Assembly: GCA_947625725.1 (NCBI GenBank)
Contig: CANQPI010000007.1
Span: 2,168 to 66,167 of the forward strand
Length of the DNA stretch: 64,000 nt
Direction of reading: 5' to 3'
Origin: an uncultured Clostridia bacterium
GTDB taxonomy: Bacteria; Bacillota; Clostridia; Christensenellales; CAG-314
Shown: positions 1 to 8,705 of the stretch, piece after piece
How positions within the stretch are numbered: the stretch's first letter is position 1
Layout of the letters: every line of letters begins with the position of its first letter
Notes under the pieces: model-generated
What the model was told of the DNA's origin: nothing
The model's input: only the letters and a program-made list of their open reading frames with translations
Databases searched by the model: none
Translations under genes and position numbers: made by a program

Positions 1-874
1 CGATCTCTATATCGTAAGCGCGGCGCACGTTGTCGTCCAAAGTGCAAAAAATCTGCGCTTTGCCCGGCTTAATCTCCCCTATATCCGCAACGCGGATCGT
101 TTCGGTGCAAAATTGCGGCAACGTGTTGAAAGTGCCGAACGCGCCGAACTTGTTGTTGGAATACAAATTTCCTATGCGCTTGTCAAAGCAGAATCCGCCT
201 TTCAGTTCTCCCGCCGCGCCTTTTTGTCCCTTTTCGATACCGTCGATCGTGCAACCGAAAACGCCGCCGTTCTTGCAGGAAATGACTGCGCCCTTGGCGT
301 CGCAAATGGGATGTCCCAGACTGCCGAAATTGAGGTTTTTGCGCACGTAAGTCAAAGTGCCTATGCCGCTGGAAGAATCTCTTGTCCACAATCCCAACCG
401 ATATTGTCCTGCGGCAAGATCTTTTTGCGGGGTGATCTCCGTTTCTTTGAGGACTCCCTCGCGCAAGTATTTTATTTTGAGCGTTCTGCCGTCGGATTGA
501 GAGGATATTTCCGTCAATCTTGCCGAGCCGTAAATTTTGTGTCCGTCCAACTCCACTATCACGTCGTTTATTTCCAATTCGGATAGCAACGCCGGGCAGC
601 AAAGTTTGCCGTCCTCGCCGATAAATTCGTTCAATCCTATCACGGTAACGCCGTCGCCGTCTATCGTTATTCCCAACGGATACCCTCCGAGATACACTTC
701 CTCGTCGATTTTTGTTTGCGCCTGACCGACGAACAGTTCGCCGACGTCTTGAAGAAATTCGCCCGCGCCGCCCTCAAACGTGCTTGCCGCGCAAACTTGC
801 CCGCCGACAAACAAACAGCCTGCCGCTTGCAACAAAATCAACAATGAAAAAAATATCAAAAGGAATTTTTTCAT
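1..874 (-). CDS. spoIVB: Stage IV sporulation protein B (SpoIVB, S55 peptidase), 5' part only; gene continues past the left window edge
   Basis: Absent from the ORF track because no stop codon lies in the window. Hand translation of the reverse strand from ATG 874-872 (GAGGTG 6 nt upstream) stays open to position 2: MKKFLLIFFSLLILLQAAGC..GGYPLGITIDGDGVTVIGL..DVIVELDGHKIYG..GLWTRDSSSGIGTLTYVR.. It shows a signal/TM segment, a PDZ-like segment and the RDSxxGIGTLT motif typical of SpoIVB. It lies directly downstream of recN, as in Bacillus subtilis. Confidence 0.8.
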   Translation of the reverse strand, partial: MKKFLLIFFSLLILLQAAGCLFVGGQVCAASTFEGGAGEFLQDVGELFVGQAQTKIDEEVYLGGYPLGITIDGDGVTVIGLNEFIGEDGKLCCPALLSELEINDVIVELDGHKIYGSARLTEISSQSDGRTLKIKYLREGVLKETEITPQKDLAAGQYRLGLWTRDSSSGIGTLTYVRKNLNFGSLGHPICDAKGAVISCKNGGVFGCTIDGIEKGQKGAAGELKGGFCFDKRIGNLYSNNKFGAFGTFNTLPQFCTETIRVADIGEIKPGKAQIFCTLDDNVRRAYDIEI

Positions 875-980
875 ATTCACCTCGAATTGCTAGAAGTAGT
901 TTGTGAATTTGACACCGTATTATACAAAAAAAAAGACAACCGCGCCGAGCGATTGCCTTGAAACAACAAATATATGGGTA

Positions 981-2696
981 TTAGCCGAGTTTTCGTTGAA
1001 GTTTGTAGTTTTGCGACCGATCCAACAGTTCTTTGGCGTTGACAAGCGCGTATTCGCCCACGCCGCCCATCAAACGCGCGACCTCGGCGGCACGCTGTTC
1101 GCGATCCGTCAGCACGTCTACCGTCGTGTAGGTCTTGCCGTCTTTTTGGTATTTTCTTATGTAAAAATTTACGTCCGCCATTGCGGCGATTTGCGGCAAA
1201 TGCGTGATAACTATGCACTGATAGCCGTTTTCTTCCGCAGAAGAAACGTTTGCAAGTTTGTCGGCGACCATTTGCGCCATATTGCCTGATATGCCTGCGT
1301 CTATTTCGTCGAAGATCATTGTGGGAATTTTTTCCGCCAACGCGGTAATGTTTTTTACCGCCAACATAAACCGCGACATTTCTCCGCCGGAAATGACCTT
1401 TGCTAGCGGTTTGAGCGGCTCGCCGACGTTTGCCGACATCAAAAATTCCACCTTGTCAAAGCCGTCTGCGGCGGGCGACAGGGCAAACTCCTGCGCGGTG
1501 GGCGTTTCGTTGAATTTTACGCAGAATTTTGTGCCTCGCATACCCAATTCGTCCAACTCGCGCATTATGTCTTGCGCAAGGCGGTCGGCGGTGGCTTTGC
1601 GTTCGGCGGATTTGTCCAGCGCAAGTTTGTACAACCGCGTTATAACGTCGTTTTTTTGCGCGTTAAGTTGCTCTATTTTTTCGGCGGCATTTGATAAATT
1701 GTCGTACTTGGCTTGCGCGTCGCGCAAAAATTGCAAAACGGAAGCCACGCTACCGCCGTATTTGCGTTTGAGTTGGCGGTATTTTTCCAAACGTTCTTCC
1801 ACCCTGTCCACTTCTGCCGCGCTGAATTCCATTGAGGAAATGATTTCTTGGATCTGCGTCGCCACGTCGTCCACGTCCAACCGCGCCGAATCTATCCGTT
1901 GGCACATTTCGTCGGCGGTATCTTCCAAATTCGATACGGATCTGAGCAAATTGCCGCTTTGCGCCAACAAACCGAGCGCGCCGTTTTCGCCGTTGAGGCA
2001 ACCGACGGCTTGTCCGAGCGCAGTTGTAAGTTTTTCGGCGTTGACCATGCGTTTGTGCGCCGACAAAAGTTCTTCTTCTTCCTCCTCCGTCGGATCTACG
2101 GCGGAAATTTCCGTTATTTGATATTGGAGTATGTCCAACAAACGTTCTCGCTCGGCGTCATCTCCGCCGAGAGATTTCAGTTCCTTGTTGATTTTGGTCA
2201 GTTGCGGATACAAGTCGGCGCGCATTTCGTCGCATATAGCGGCATGATCGCAAAATTCGTCCAAAACGGACAGTTGATTTTTTTCGTTAAGCAACGCCAA
2301 ATGCTGACCCTGACCGAATATATCCACGAGTTCGGCGCAAATTTCTTTGAGAATGGCAAGCGTTGCGGGTCTGCCCTGTATGCGAATTTCGTTTTTTCCC
2401 GCGACGGACATCTTGCGATACAGCAAAATTTCGCCGTCGGTGCCGTAGCCGTATTCTTCCAACTTGCGCAGTACCGAGCCGTCGGTTACTTGGAACAACG
2501 CCGTAACTTCCGCCGCGTCCTCGCCGTATTTTATCAATGTTTTGTCCGCTCTGTCCCCCAACACAAAGGAAAGCGAATCGATAATGATGGATTTGCCGCT
2601 GCCCGTTTCGCCGCTCAAAACGGTAAGTCCCTCCGAAAATTCCAATTCGAGGTGATCGATCAGAGCAATATTGTCGATAACAAGTTGTTTTAACAT
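981..2696 (-). CDS. recN: DNA repair protein RecN
   Basis: 571-aa ORF with Walker A GETGSGKS, a long central coiled coil, and C-terminal ISGGEMSRFMLA / MIFDEIDAGISG signature and Walker B motifs. Gene order argR-recN-spoIVB. Confidence 0.95.
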   Translation of the reverse strand: MLKQLVIDNIALIDHLELEFSEGLTVLSGETGSGKSIIIDSLSFVLGDRADKTLIKYGEDAAEVTALFQVTDGSVLRKLEEYGYGTDGEILLYRKMSVAGKNEIRIQGRPATLAILKEICAELVDIFGQGQHLALLNEKNQLSVLDEFCDHAAICDEMRADLYPQLTKINKELKSLGGDDAERERLLDILQYQITEISAVDPTEEEEEELLSAHKRMVNAEKLTTALGQAVGCLNGENGALGLLAQSGNLLRSVSNLEDTADEMCQRIDSARLDVDDVATQIQEIISSMEFSAAEVDRVEERLEKYRQLKRKYGGSVASVLQFLRDAQAKYDNLSNAAEKIEQLNAQKNDVITRLYKLALDKSAERKATADRLAQDIMRELDELGMRGTKFCVKFNETPTAQEFALSPAADGFDKVEFLMSANVGEPLKPLAKVISGGEMSRFMLAVKNITALAEKIPTMIFDEIDAGISGNMAQMVADKLANVSSAEENGYQCIVITHLPQIAAMADVNFYIRKYQKDGKTYTTVDVLTDREQRAAEVARLMGGVGEYALVNAKELLDRSQNYKLQRKLG

Positions 2697-2712
2697 AATC
2701 TTCCGAATAATA

Positions 2713-3159
2713 TCAGAGCAATTGATTTATCTTGCTCTGCACAAAGTTTGCGTCGTGCGCGTTTGCACATACGATCAAAATCGTGCTTTTGTCCGCTAAT
2801 ATACCCAAAATTTCACTCAAACCGAGTTGTTCGATAGCCCCCGAAACCACCGACGCGCCATCTCCGATCGTTTTGACAACGACAAGGTTTTCCGCAGTAA
2901 CGACGGATATGACCGTTTCTCTGACAACGCTTTTGAGTTTGGCGGACAACGCGCTCATGGATTGCTTGGTGACATATTTGTATTTGTTGCCTGCCGCAAG
3001 CGTTTTGAGCAGTCCAAGTTCCTTGATGTCGCGCGAAATGGTCGCTTGCGTAACGTCAAAACCTTGACGTTTGAGTTCGGCTACAAGTTCGTCCTGCGTT
3101 TCTATATCCTTGGACGCAATGATAGCAAGGATCGCCGATTGTCTTGAAGTACGTGACAT
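2713..3159 (-). CDS. argR: Arginine repressor ArgR/AhrC
   Basis: 148-aa ORF with the N-terminal winged-helix segment QDELVAELKRQGFDVTQATISRDIKELGL. GTGAGG RBS before ATG 3159. Sits upstream of recN as in Bacillus. Confidence 0.9.
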   Translation of the reverse strand: MSRTSRQSAILAIIASKDIETQDELVAELKRQGFDVTQATISRDIKELGLLKTLAAGNKYKYVTKQSMSALSAKLKSVVRETVISVVTAENLVVVKTIGDGASVVSGAIEQLGLSEILGILADKSTILIVCANAHDANFVQSKINQLL

Positions 3160-3202
3160 TTTTACCTCACTGCCGCTAAATTAGCGAGTTTTTGCTGATT
3201 TT

Positions 3203-3237
3203 AATAATACTATGTCTGACATATTATTATTTATTTC
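3203..3237. repeat. Copy C of a recurrent AT-rich quasi-palindromic element (perfect core TATGTC-T-GACATA)
   Basis: Plus strand reads AATAATACTATGTCTGACATATTATTATTTATTTC. Lies in the dxs/argR intergenic region about 58 nt upstream of the argR start. See the copies at 13961, 37441 and 51883. Confidence 0.5.
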
Positions 3238-3319
3238 TCAAAATTCGAGAGTAGTTCGGTGATTTGACGGTTTGTTCGGCCGACAAGCGATATTCCGATA
3301 ATTACCCGCGACAAGTTTT

Positions 3320-5116
3320 TTACGGTCTGAGCAACGCGGATATTTTGTCGAAAAGGCTGTCGAAATCCAAACCGCACAAAGCCAATTGTTGTTCGACGGT
3401 CGCATGTCGAACATAGGTATCTTCCACGCCGAAGGAAACGACTTTGATTTTCTTGGGAGATAGATACGCCGCAACCGTTTGACCGAAACCGCCCTGCAAG
3501 ACGTTTTCTTCGAGAGTAACCACCGTTTCGCCGCGTATTCCGTCGAGATAATCTACGCACAACGGTTTGACCTGCAAAACGCACACCGCTTCCACGCCGT
3601 CGATACTTTGCGCCAGCCTCTGCGCGGTTTCGGAAAGTTTTGCGCCGACGGCGAGAATTTTTATCTTGGCGTTCTCGCAACTTTTCAAAATTTGCACCGC
3701 GCCGTCAAAGCGTCCGTCGCGACCGCTCAAATACTTGGAATATCTGATGGCTGTCGGACCGACTTCCGTCAGACTTTGCTCGATCATTTGAGAAAGTTGT
3801 TTGTAGGTCGCGGGAGTGAGTATTGTGAGATTGGGTATTTGCCCGAGATAGGACAGATCGAACAGCCCTTGGTGAGTCTGACCGTCCTCTCCCACAAACC
3901 CCGCTCTGTCCAACAAAAAGGTTACGGGCAGGTTTTGTATCGCTACGTCGTGTAAAATTTGGTCATAACTCCGTTGCAAAAAGGAGGAATATATCGCGAC
4001 AAAGGGTCTTGCGCCGCCCTTTGCCAGCCCCGCCGCAAAGGTAACGGCATGTTCCTCGGCAATTCCCACGTCGAAAAACCTGTCGGGAAAGCGTTTTTGG
4101 AAAGAGGCTAGCCCCGTAGCGCGCGCCATTGCCGCCGTGATCGCCACAACGCGGTCGTCTTGCTCGGCTATTTTGCAAAGCGTATCTCCCACCACAGCCG
4201 CGCTTTCCAACGAGTCCGTCGAACTCCCCGCGCGGGGGACAGAGTGAAAACTTTCGGGATCTTCCTCAGCGGGGGAATAGCCCTTGCCCTTTTTGGTAAC
4301 TATCTGCATGACCGTGGGCTTGACGACGTTCTTTTTGATTTTGGAAAAGTAGTAAACCAGATCCTTAACTTCGTTGCCGTCCACGATCCCTATGTATTTC
4401 AAATCGAAATTGTCAAAGTAATTGTTGCGTACAAATCTTGCTTTGGCGCGACGTTTGCACCACCGCAAAAATTTGTAGGTAGGTTTGCCCAACAGCGGTA
4501 CTTTGAGCAAAAATTTTTTCAGACGCTGTTTGTTGCGGTCGTATTTTCCCACCCGCAATTTAGACATGTTGAGCGTTGCCGAACCGACGTTGTCCCCAAT
4601 CGACATGTTGTTGTCGTTTATGACGATCAACATATTTGTATCCTTGACGTTGTTCAACGCCTCGTACACCATGCCGTTGGTCATAGATCCGTCGCCGACG
4701 ACGGCGATAACATTGTAGTTTTCGCCCAGAGCGTCGCGCGCTTTGGCTAAACCGAGCGCGGCGGAGATCGCAGTGCCCGCATGCCCCGTGTTGAAAGAGT
4801 CGTGCTCGTCCTCGCTGCAATCGGGAAAGCCGCTTATGCCGTTTTGTTGCCTTAACGAAGAAAAATTCTCACCTCGTGAGGTAAGAATTTTGTGTACGTA
4901 ACTTTGATGTCCCACATCCCACACGATCTTGTCGTTTTCATCAAATACGTAATGCAACGCGACAGTCAGTTCCACAACGCCCAGATTGCTTGCCAAATGT
5001 CCGCCGCTTTGCATAACGTCGGCGATAAGTTTGTCGCGGATTTCCGCGCAAAGTGTCGGCAACTGTTTTACCGAGAGTTTTTTGAGGTCTTCGATTGTCT
5101 TTACTTGTTCTAACAC
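3320..5116 (-). CDS. dxs: 1-deoxy-D-xylulose-5-phosphate synthase
   Basis: 598-aa ORF with DVGHQSYVHKIL and the TPP-binding GDGSMTNGM motif. GTG start one nt after the upstream stop, with an AAGGA Shine-Dalgarno. Confidence 0.95.
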   Translation of the reverse strand: MLEQVKTIEDLKKLSVKQLPTLCAEIRDKLIADVMQSGGHLASNLGVVELTVALHYVFDENDKIVWDVGHQSYVHKILTSRGENFSSLRQQNGISGFPDCSEDEHDSFNTGHAGTAISAALGLAKARDALGENYNVIAVVGDGSMTNGMVYEALNNVKDTNMLIVINDNNMSIGDNVGSATLNMSKLRVGKYDRNKQRLKKFLLKVPLLGKPTYKFLRWCKRRAKARFVRNNYFDNFDLKYIGIVDGNEVKDLVYYFSKIKKNVVKPTVMQIVTKKGKGYSPAEEDPESFHSVPRAGSSTDSLESAAVVGDTLCKIAEQDDRVVAITAAMARATGLASFQKRFPDRFFDVGIAEEHAVTFAAGLAKGGARPFVAIYSSFLQRSYDQILHDVAIQNLPVTFLLDRAGFVGEDGQTHQGLFDLSYLGQIPNLTILTPATYKQLSQMIEQSLTEVGPTAIRYSKYLSGRDGRFDGAVQILKSCENAKIKILAVGAKLSETAQRLAQSIDGVEAVCVLQVKPLCVDYLDGIRGETVVTLEENVLQGGFGQTVAAYLSPKKIKVVSFGVEDTYVRHATVEQQLALCGLDFDSLFDKISALLRP

Positions 5117-5117
5117 G

Positions 5118-5771
5118 TCATCCTTCTTTACGGAAGATACTCAATACTTTTGCAACGCCCAAGATGATTTTGTTCGCATTTTTAACAGCGACGTTTTTGC
5201 CTATCGCTTTGAAAGTGATAGTCAGCGTGGATATGACCGAATAGATCAAAACTTTGATCACGACGTTCCAGGTTTGAGAAAGGTTCACGCCCTCTATCGC
5301 CTCAACCGCCAACGCCGCGCCGCACACGCCGGATACGATTCCGCAAATATCTCCCACAATGTCGCAACAAACGGAAGAAACGATATCCTTCTTTTTTGCG
5401 AGGCGCACTGCCGTTTTGCCGCCGCGAACGCGTCTTGACGCCATGGAGTGGAAAGGTCCTATGTCGCACGCCGTAGCCGCCGTGCCGATAATATCGAACA
5501 CAACGCCGAGCAACAAGATTATCACCGTCAAAATCGTCGCAAGCCACCACTGCGAATCGGTCAACGCAAGTTCAGACCCCGTGTTGACTGCGGCAGCCAA
5601 AACCAACGTAATAAAAAAGGCTTTGAGCGGCCACAAATTGCGTTTTTTCTTCTTTTTGTCCGATTTGTCCTTTTCTTTCCTCTTGGACTCGTTTAGTTGC
5701 GCCTCTTGCGCGACTTCCTCGCTTTGATCTGTTGCCTCGTTACTTCGCGGAACGGAATCTTTGTTTTTCAT
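5118..5771 (-). CDS. oapA: OLE-associated protein A-like small membrane protein (4 predicted TM helices, Lys/Glu-rich N-terminus)
   Basis: 217-aa ORF with RBS GGAG before ATG 5771. Four hydrophobic segments: LWPLKAFFITLVLAAAV, WWLATILTVIILLLGVVFDIIG, VCCDIVGDICGIVSGVCGAALAV, VVIKVLIYSVISTLTITF. Located immediately downstream of the putative OLE RNA and upstream of dxs, the conserved position of oapA. The assignment rests on context and topology, not on a database hit. Confidence 0.65.
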   Translation of the reverse strand: MKNKDSVPRSNEATDQSEEVAQEAQLNESKRKEKDKSDKKKKKRNLWPLKAFFITLVLAAAVNTGSELALTDSQWWLATILTVIILLLGVVFDIIGTAATACDIGPFHSMASRRVRGGKTAVRLAKKKDIVSSVCCDIVGDICGIVSGVCGAALAVEAIEGVNLSQTWNVVIKVLIYSVISTLTITFKAIGKNVAVKNANKIILGVAKVLSIFRKEG

Positions 5772-5844
5772 AATTCTCCAAATATATAATGTCGGCAGAA
5801 AAAATTGTGTGAACGTTTTTTTTCCGCAAATTAAAATAAAAAAA

Positions 5845-6424
5845 GGTGGTGACTCGTCAGATAAACCTTACGGCATAGGTTCAGTAGGGTTTCCCAAGCG
5901 AAAACTTCCCGTCGCCGAAGAAGCAGTTTCCTCTTAGTTTCGCTTATGCGGCGTCACCGCTCGCATAACTGAATCGCCACTTAGTCCGTACTATAATCTC
6001 CGATAAGCCTGAATTGCAGTCTAGAAGATTTCCTTTGCAGAACTCGGCATGTTTTAGTTTCTTTTGCAGAATTCATTTCGTAAAGCATTCGCACACGGTC
6101 TTTTAGGCCAACGGACCGTGCCGTTCAGTACTCCCAAAATTCCACTCAAAACAAGCTACACTGTACACAGCTTTGTATTCACCGCATAGCAGGTTTAACC
6201 TCAGAGAGTAGTTGCTTATTTATTAGGCAACCACCCCGTAGAGTCTCCGCGATTGATGGGGATAGAGCGTATGCCATTACACCTTACCCACCAATCTTAA
6301 CTTCCAGCACCAGCCCCCGTTTGGGCAACGAAAGCAAGCACAAGAAACTTCATCGTTGTGCCCGTCGACGGTCTTTTAGGCCCGCCTTCAACATGTCAAT
6401 TTCTGACTAGAATACTGCACCACC
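5845..6424 (-). ncRNA. ole: Putative OLE (ornate, large, extremophilic) RNA, about 580 nt core; exact ends uncertain
   Basis: This is the largest ORF-free gap in the window, with no ORF of 60 aa or more on either strand between 5772 and 6357. It lies between ispA and the 4-TM protein gene inside the nusB-folD-xseAB-ispA-[ ]-dxs-recN cluster, the published context of OLE RNA. The reverse-strand sequence is helix-rich. Its termini pair (GGUGGUG 6424-6418 with CACCACC 5851-5845). Other helices include UUAUGCG..CGCAUAA, GCACGGUC..GACCGUG and GGGCA(ca)ACGA..UCGUUGCCC. GGCCUAAAAGACCGU occurs twice. No covariance model was run. Confidence 0.7.
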
Positions 6425-6465
6425 AAATTTTTATTCGATTTTCGAGCATATTACGCTCGTTTAGT

Positions 6466-6494
6466 ATTGTATCATATTTTTTGCAAAAATGCAA
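6466..6494 (-). promoter_or_regulatory. Sigma-A-type promoter candidate just upstream of the putative OLE RNA (TTGCAT-17-TACAAT)
   Basis: On the reverse strand, -35 TTGCAT is at 6494-6489 and -10 TACAAT at 6471-6466, with a 17-nt spacer. It lies between the ispA stop (6540) and the structured RNA. Confidence 0.4.
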
Positions 6495-6539
6495 ACGTTT
6501 GTTAATTATGCAGGATACAACGCTTTTTTTACTGCCGAT

Positions 6540-7349
6540 CTACTTTTGTCGAGCGATATTTTTAGCGCAAAACTCTTTGATATACTCCAAATCATAGGGC
6601 AGTCGGTCGCAAATCTTGTCGATCTCCGAATTGAGATACAAAACGTGATCAAAAAGATCCTTTTCAGAGTAGACGTCCAAGAAAGATCTCTCGCACTTTT
6701 TCGAATCGAGTATATCGTCGATTATCTGGTAACAAACGCCGAGTTTGCAACCTATTTCGTCGAACAACGCCGCTTCGTCCTCCGACGCGCCGCCCACCAA
6801 CGCGCCGCATACCAACGCCGCGCGAATGAGCGTGCCCGTTTTGGCAACGGCAAGTTCCGTTGCGTCGTCAACGTTTTTCGTTTCGGAAAACAGATCCAAC
6901 GACTGACCGTGTACCAAACCCTCGATACCGCTCATCTTGAACAAAAACGCGCATGCCGCTCTGTACGCATTGTTGGACATAGGTCCTTGGAGCGCAGTTT
7001 CGAACGCCAGATTGAGCAAAGCGTCGCCCGCAAGCACAGCCGAAGCCTCGCCGAACTGCATGTGACAGGAACGCATGCCTCTGCGCATGTCGTCGTTGTC
7101 CATACAGGGCAAATCGTCGTGTATCAACGAATACGTGTGTACAAACTCCAATGCCGCGGCAAGTATCTTTGCGTTGTTTCCGATACGTCCGCCGACGGCT
7201 TTTGCCGTGTTGAGCAAAAGCATAGGACGGAAACGCTTGCCGCCGCTGAACAGGCTGTACTCCATTGCCTGCAACACTTTATCTCTGTTTTTGGGCAGAT
7301 AGCCTCTCAAAATTTCGTCGATATAACTAGGAGTAATATTAGTTTTCAT
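6540..7349 (-). CDS. ispA: Farnesyl/geranyl diphosphate synthase (polyprenyl synthetase)
   Basis: 269-aa ORF with both Asp-rich motifs, LIHDDLPCMDNDDMRRG and YQIIDDILD. Confidence 0.9.
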   Translation of the reverse strand: MKTNITPSYIDEILRGYLPKNRDKVLQAMEYSLFSGGKRFRPMLLLNTAKAVGGRIGNNAKILAAALEFVHTYSLIHDDLPCMDNDDMRRGMRSCHMQFGEASAVLAGDALLNLAFETALQGPMSNNAYRAACAFLFKMSGIEGLVHGQSLDLFSETKNVDDATELAVAKTGTLIRAALVCGALVGGASEDEAALFDEIGCKLGVCYQIIDDILDSKKCERSFLDVYSEKDLFDHVLYLNSEIDKICDRLPYDLEYIKEFCAKNIARQK

Positions 7350-7533
7350 CCGTCAACCTCACTTTTTCTTGCAAAACGGAAAGTTTGCCCTTGCAATCGT
7401 TGAGAGCCGTCAGGCACTCGTTTGCCAAGGTAACGCTCTGTTCAAAGATTTTGAGCGCGTCTTCCAACGTTACGTCCCCTTCTATTTTGTCCGCAAGTTC
7501 GTCCAACTTGTCGATTTTTTGTTCCAAAGTCAT
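7339..7533 (-). CDS. xseB: Exodeoxyribonuclease VII small subunit
   Basis: Track ORF 7339..7566 trimmed to MTLEQKIDKLDELADKIEGD.. (ATG 7533, AAGGAG RBS). Directly follows xseA. Small helical protein typical of XseB. Confidence 0.85.
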   Translation of the reverse strand: MTLEQKIDKLDELADKIEGDVTLEDALKIFEQSVTLANECLTALNDCKGKLSVLQEKVRLTDEN

Positions 7534-8705
7534 TGTTTTTTCTCCTTTTGAGTTACTCGCGCGCAAAATTTTCCGTCCGATAAAGTTACGGTGACGCTGT
7601 CGCCTACATCTATTTGACGGACGGACTTTACCGCGCCTTTCGGACCGTGTACATAGCCGTATCCTCGTTGCAACACGTTGGTCGGGTTGATGGAACGCAG
7701 TTTTTCCGTCACTTTTTCCAACTTCGAAGAAAGTTTTTCCGACAACGAAACGGTTGCGTTTTCCACTCGGACAAGATCCGACTTGACGGCGTTTTGCATT
7801 TCGTCAAGTTTGCGACCTACGCCGAAGTACAACAATCGGCAACTGTTCAACACTCGCTGTCGGCGACTTTCGAGCAACGAAACTACTCCGCCGTTTATTC
7901 TTTCCAAACACATGGCGACGCGCATTTTTTCCCTTTCGCAATCCAACGTGACAAATTCCGCCGCTTCGCTGGGAGTAACGGCTCGCTTGTCGGCGGCAAA
8001 ATCGGACAAAGTAAAATCGATACCGTGCCCCACCGCGGAAACGATCGGCTTGGAACATGCGGCGATTGCCCGAACGACTATCTCCGAATTGAACGCGGAC
8101 AGATCTTCGTTGGATCCGCCGCCCCGTCCCACTATCACCGCGTCCACGTCGGACTTGTCAAAGTAGGCGATACCTTGGGCTATCTCCTTGTCTGCGCCCA
8201 CGCCTTGCACCTTGACGGGATACAAAATTATATCCGAAAAAGGTTGTCTGCGTAACGCCACATTGGTAATATCGTGTATCACCGCGCCCGTTTCGCTGGT
8301 TACGACGCCGATCTTGGACGCGCTGTGAGGAACGGGCTTTTTGCGCTGTTCGTCAAACAGTCCCTCTTTGCCGAGTTTTTGTTTCAACTCCACAAAGCGC
8401 AAGTAAGCCGCGCCCGTGTCCGTCGTAGCGGCAAGACGTCTAACAAAAAAGGACACGCTGCCCGACTTGGCAAAATAGTTCAACTCGCCCTCGGCAACAG
8501 CCACCATACCGATAACGGGTTCGGACGAGTTGGCATAGCAAAAACAGTTTACCGCCGCGTCGTTGTCTTTGAGAGTAAAATACCACCCGTTGTAGGAGCG
8601 TTTGACATTGGTGATCTCGCCGCATACCGACAAGTCGCTCAAAACGGCGTCCATGTCGAAAATGCCCTTTACGTAATTATTCAGTTGAGTTACGCTTATC
8701 GTCAT
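7530..8705 (-). CDS. xseA: Exodeoxyribonuclease VII large subunit
   Basis: 391-aa ORF with an N-terminal OB-fold region and the VGRGGGSNEDL motif. ATGA overlap with the folD stop. Confidence 0.9.
   Translation of the reverse strand: MTISVTQLNNYVKGIFDMDAVLSDLSVCGEITNVKRSYNGWYFTLKDNDAAVNCFCYANSSEPVIGMVAVAEGELNYFAKSGSVSFFVRRLAATTDTGAAYLRFVELKQKLGKEGLFDEQRKKPVPHSASKIGVVTSETGAVIHDITNVALRRQPFSDIILYPVKVQGVGADKEIAQGIAYFDKSDVDAVIVGRGGGSNEDLSAFNSEIVVRAIAACSKPIVSAVGHGIDFTLSDFAADKRAVTPSEAAEFVTLDCEREKMRVAMCLERINGGVVSLLESRRQRVLNSCRLLYFGVGRKLDEMQNAVKSDLVRVENATVSLSEKLSSKLEKVTEKLRSINPTNVLQRGYGYVHGPKGAVKSVRQIDVGDSVTVTLSDGKFCARVTQKEKKQ

Noticed and set aside
183-602. 139-aa minus-strand ORF and several plus-strand ORFs at the left edge.
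   Set aside because: They are alternative frames of the spoIVB coding region. The SpoIVB frame, which is open to the window edge and so missing from the track, has clear family motifs.
5772-6539. Alternative identities for the ORF-free structured region: RNase P RNA, tmRNA, 6S RNA, SRP RNA, a riboswitch or T-box, or a degraded gene.
   Set aside because: I saw none of the hallmark motifs: no tRNA-like end plus tag ORF, no SRP GGAA/AGCA domain IV motif, no T-box specifier or T-box sequence. The size and the ispA-[RNA]-4TM protein-dxs context fit OLE specifically. This still needs a covariance-model test.
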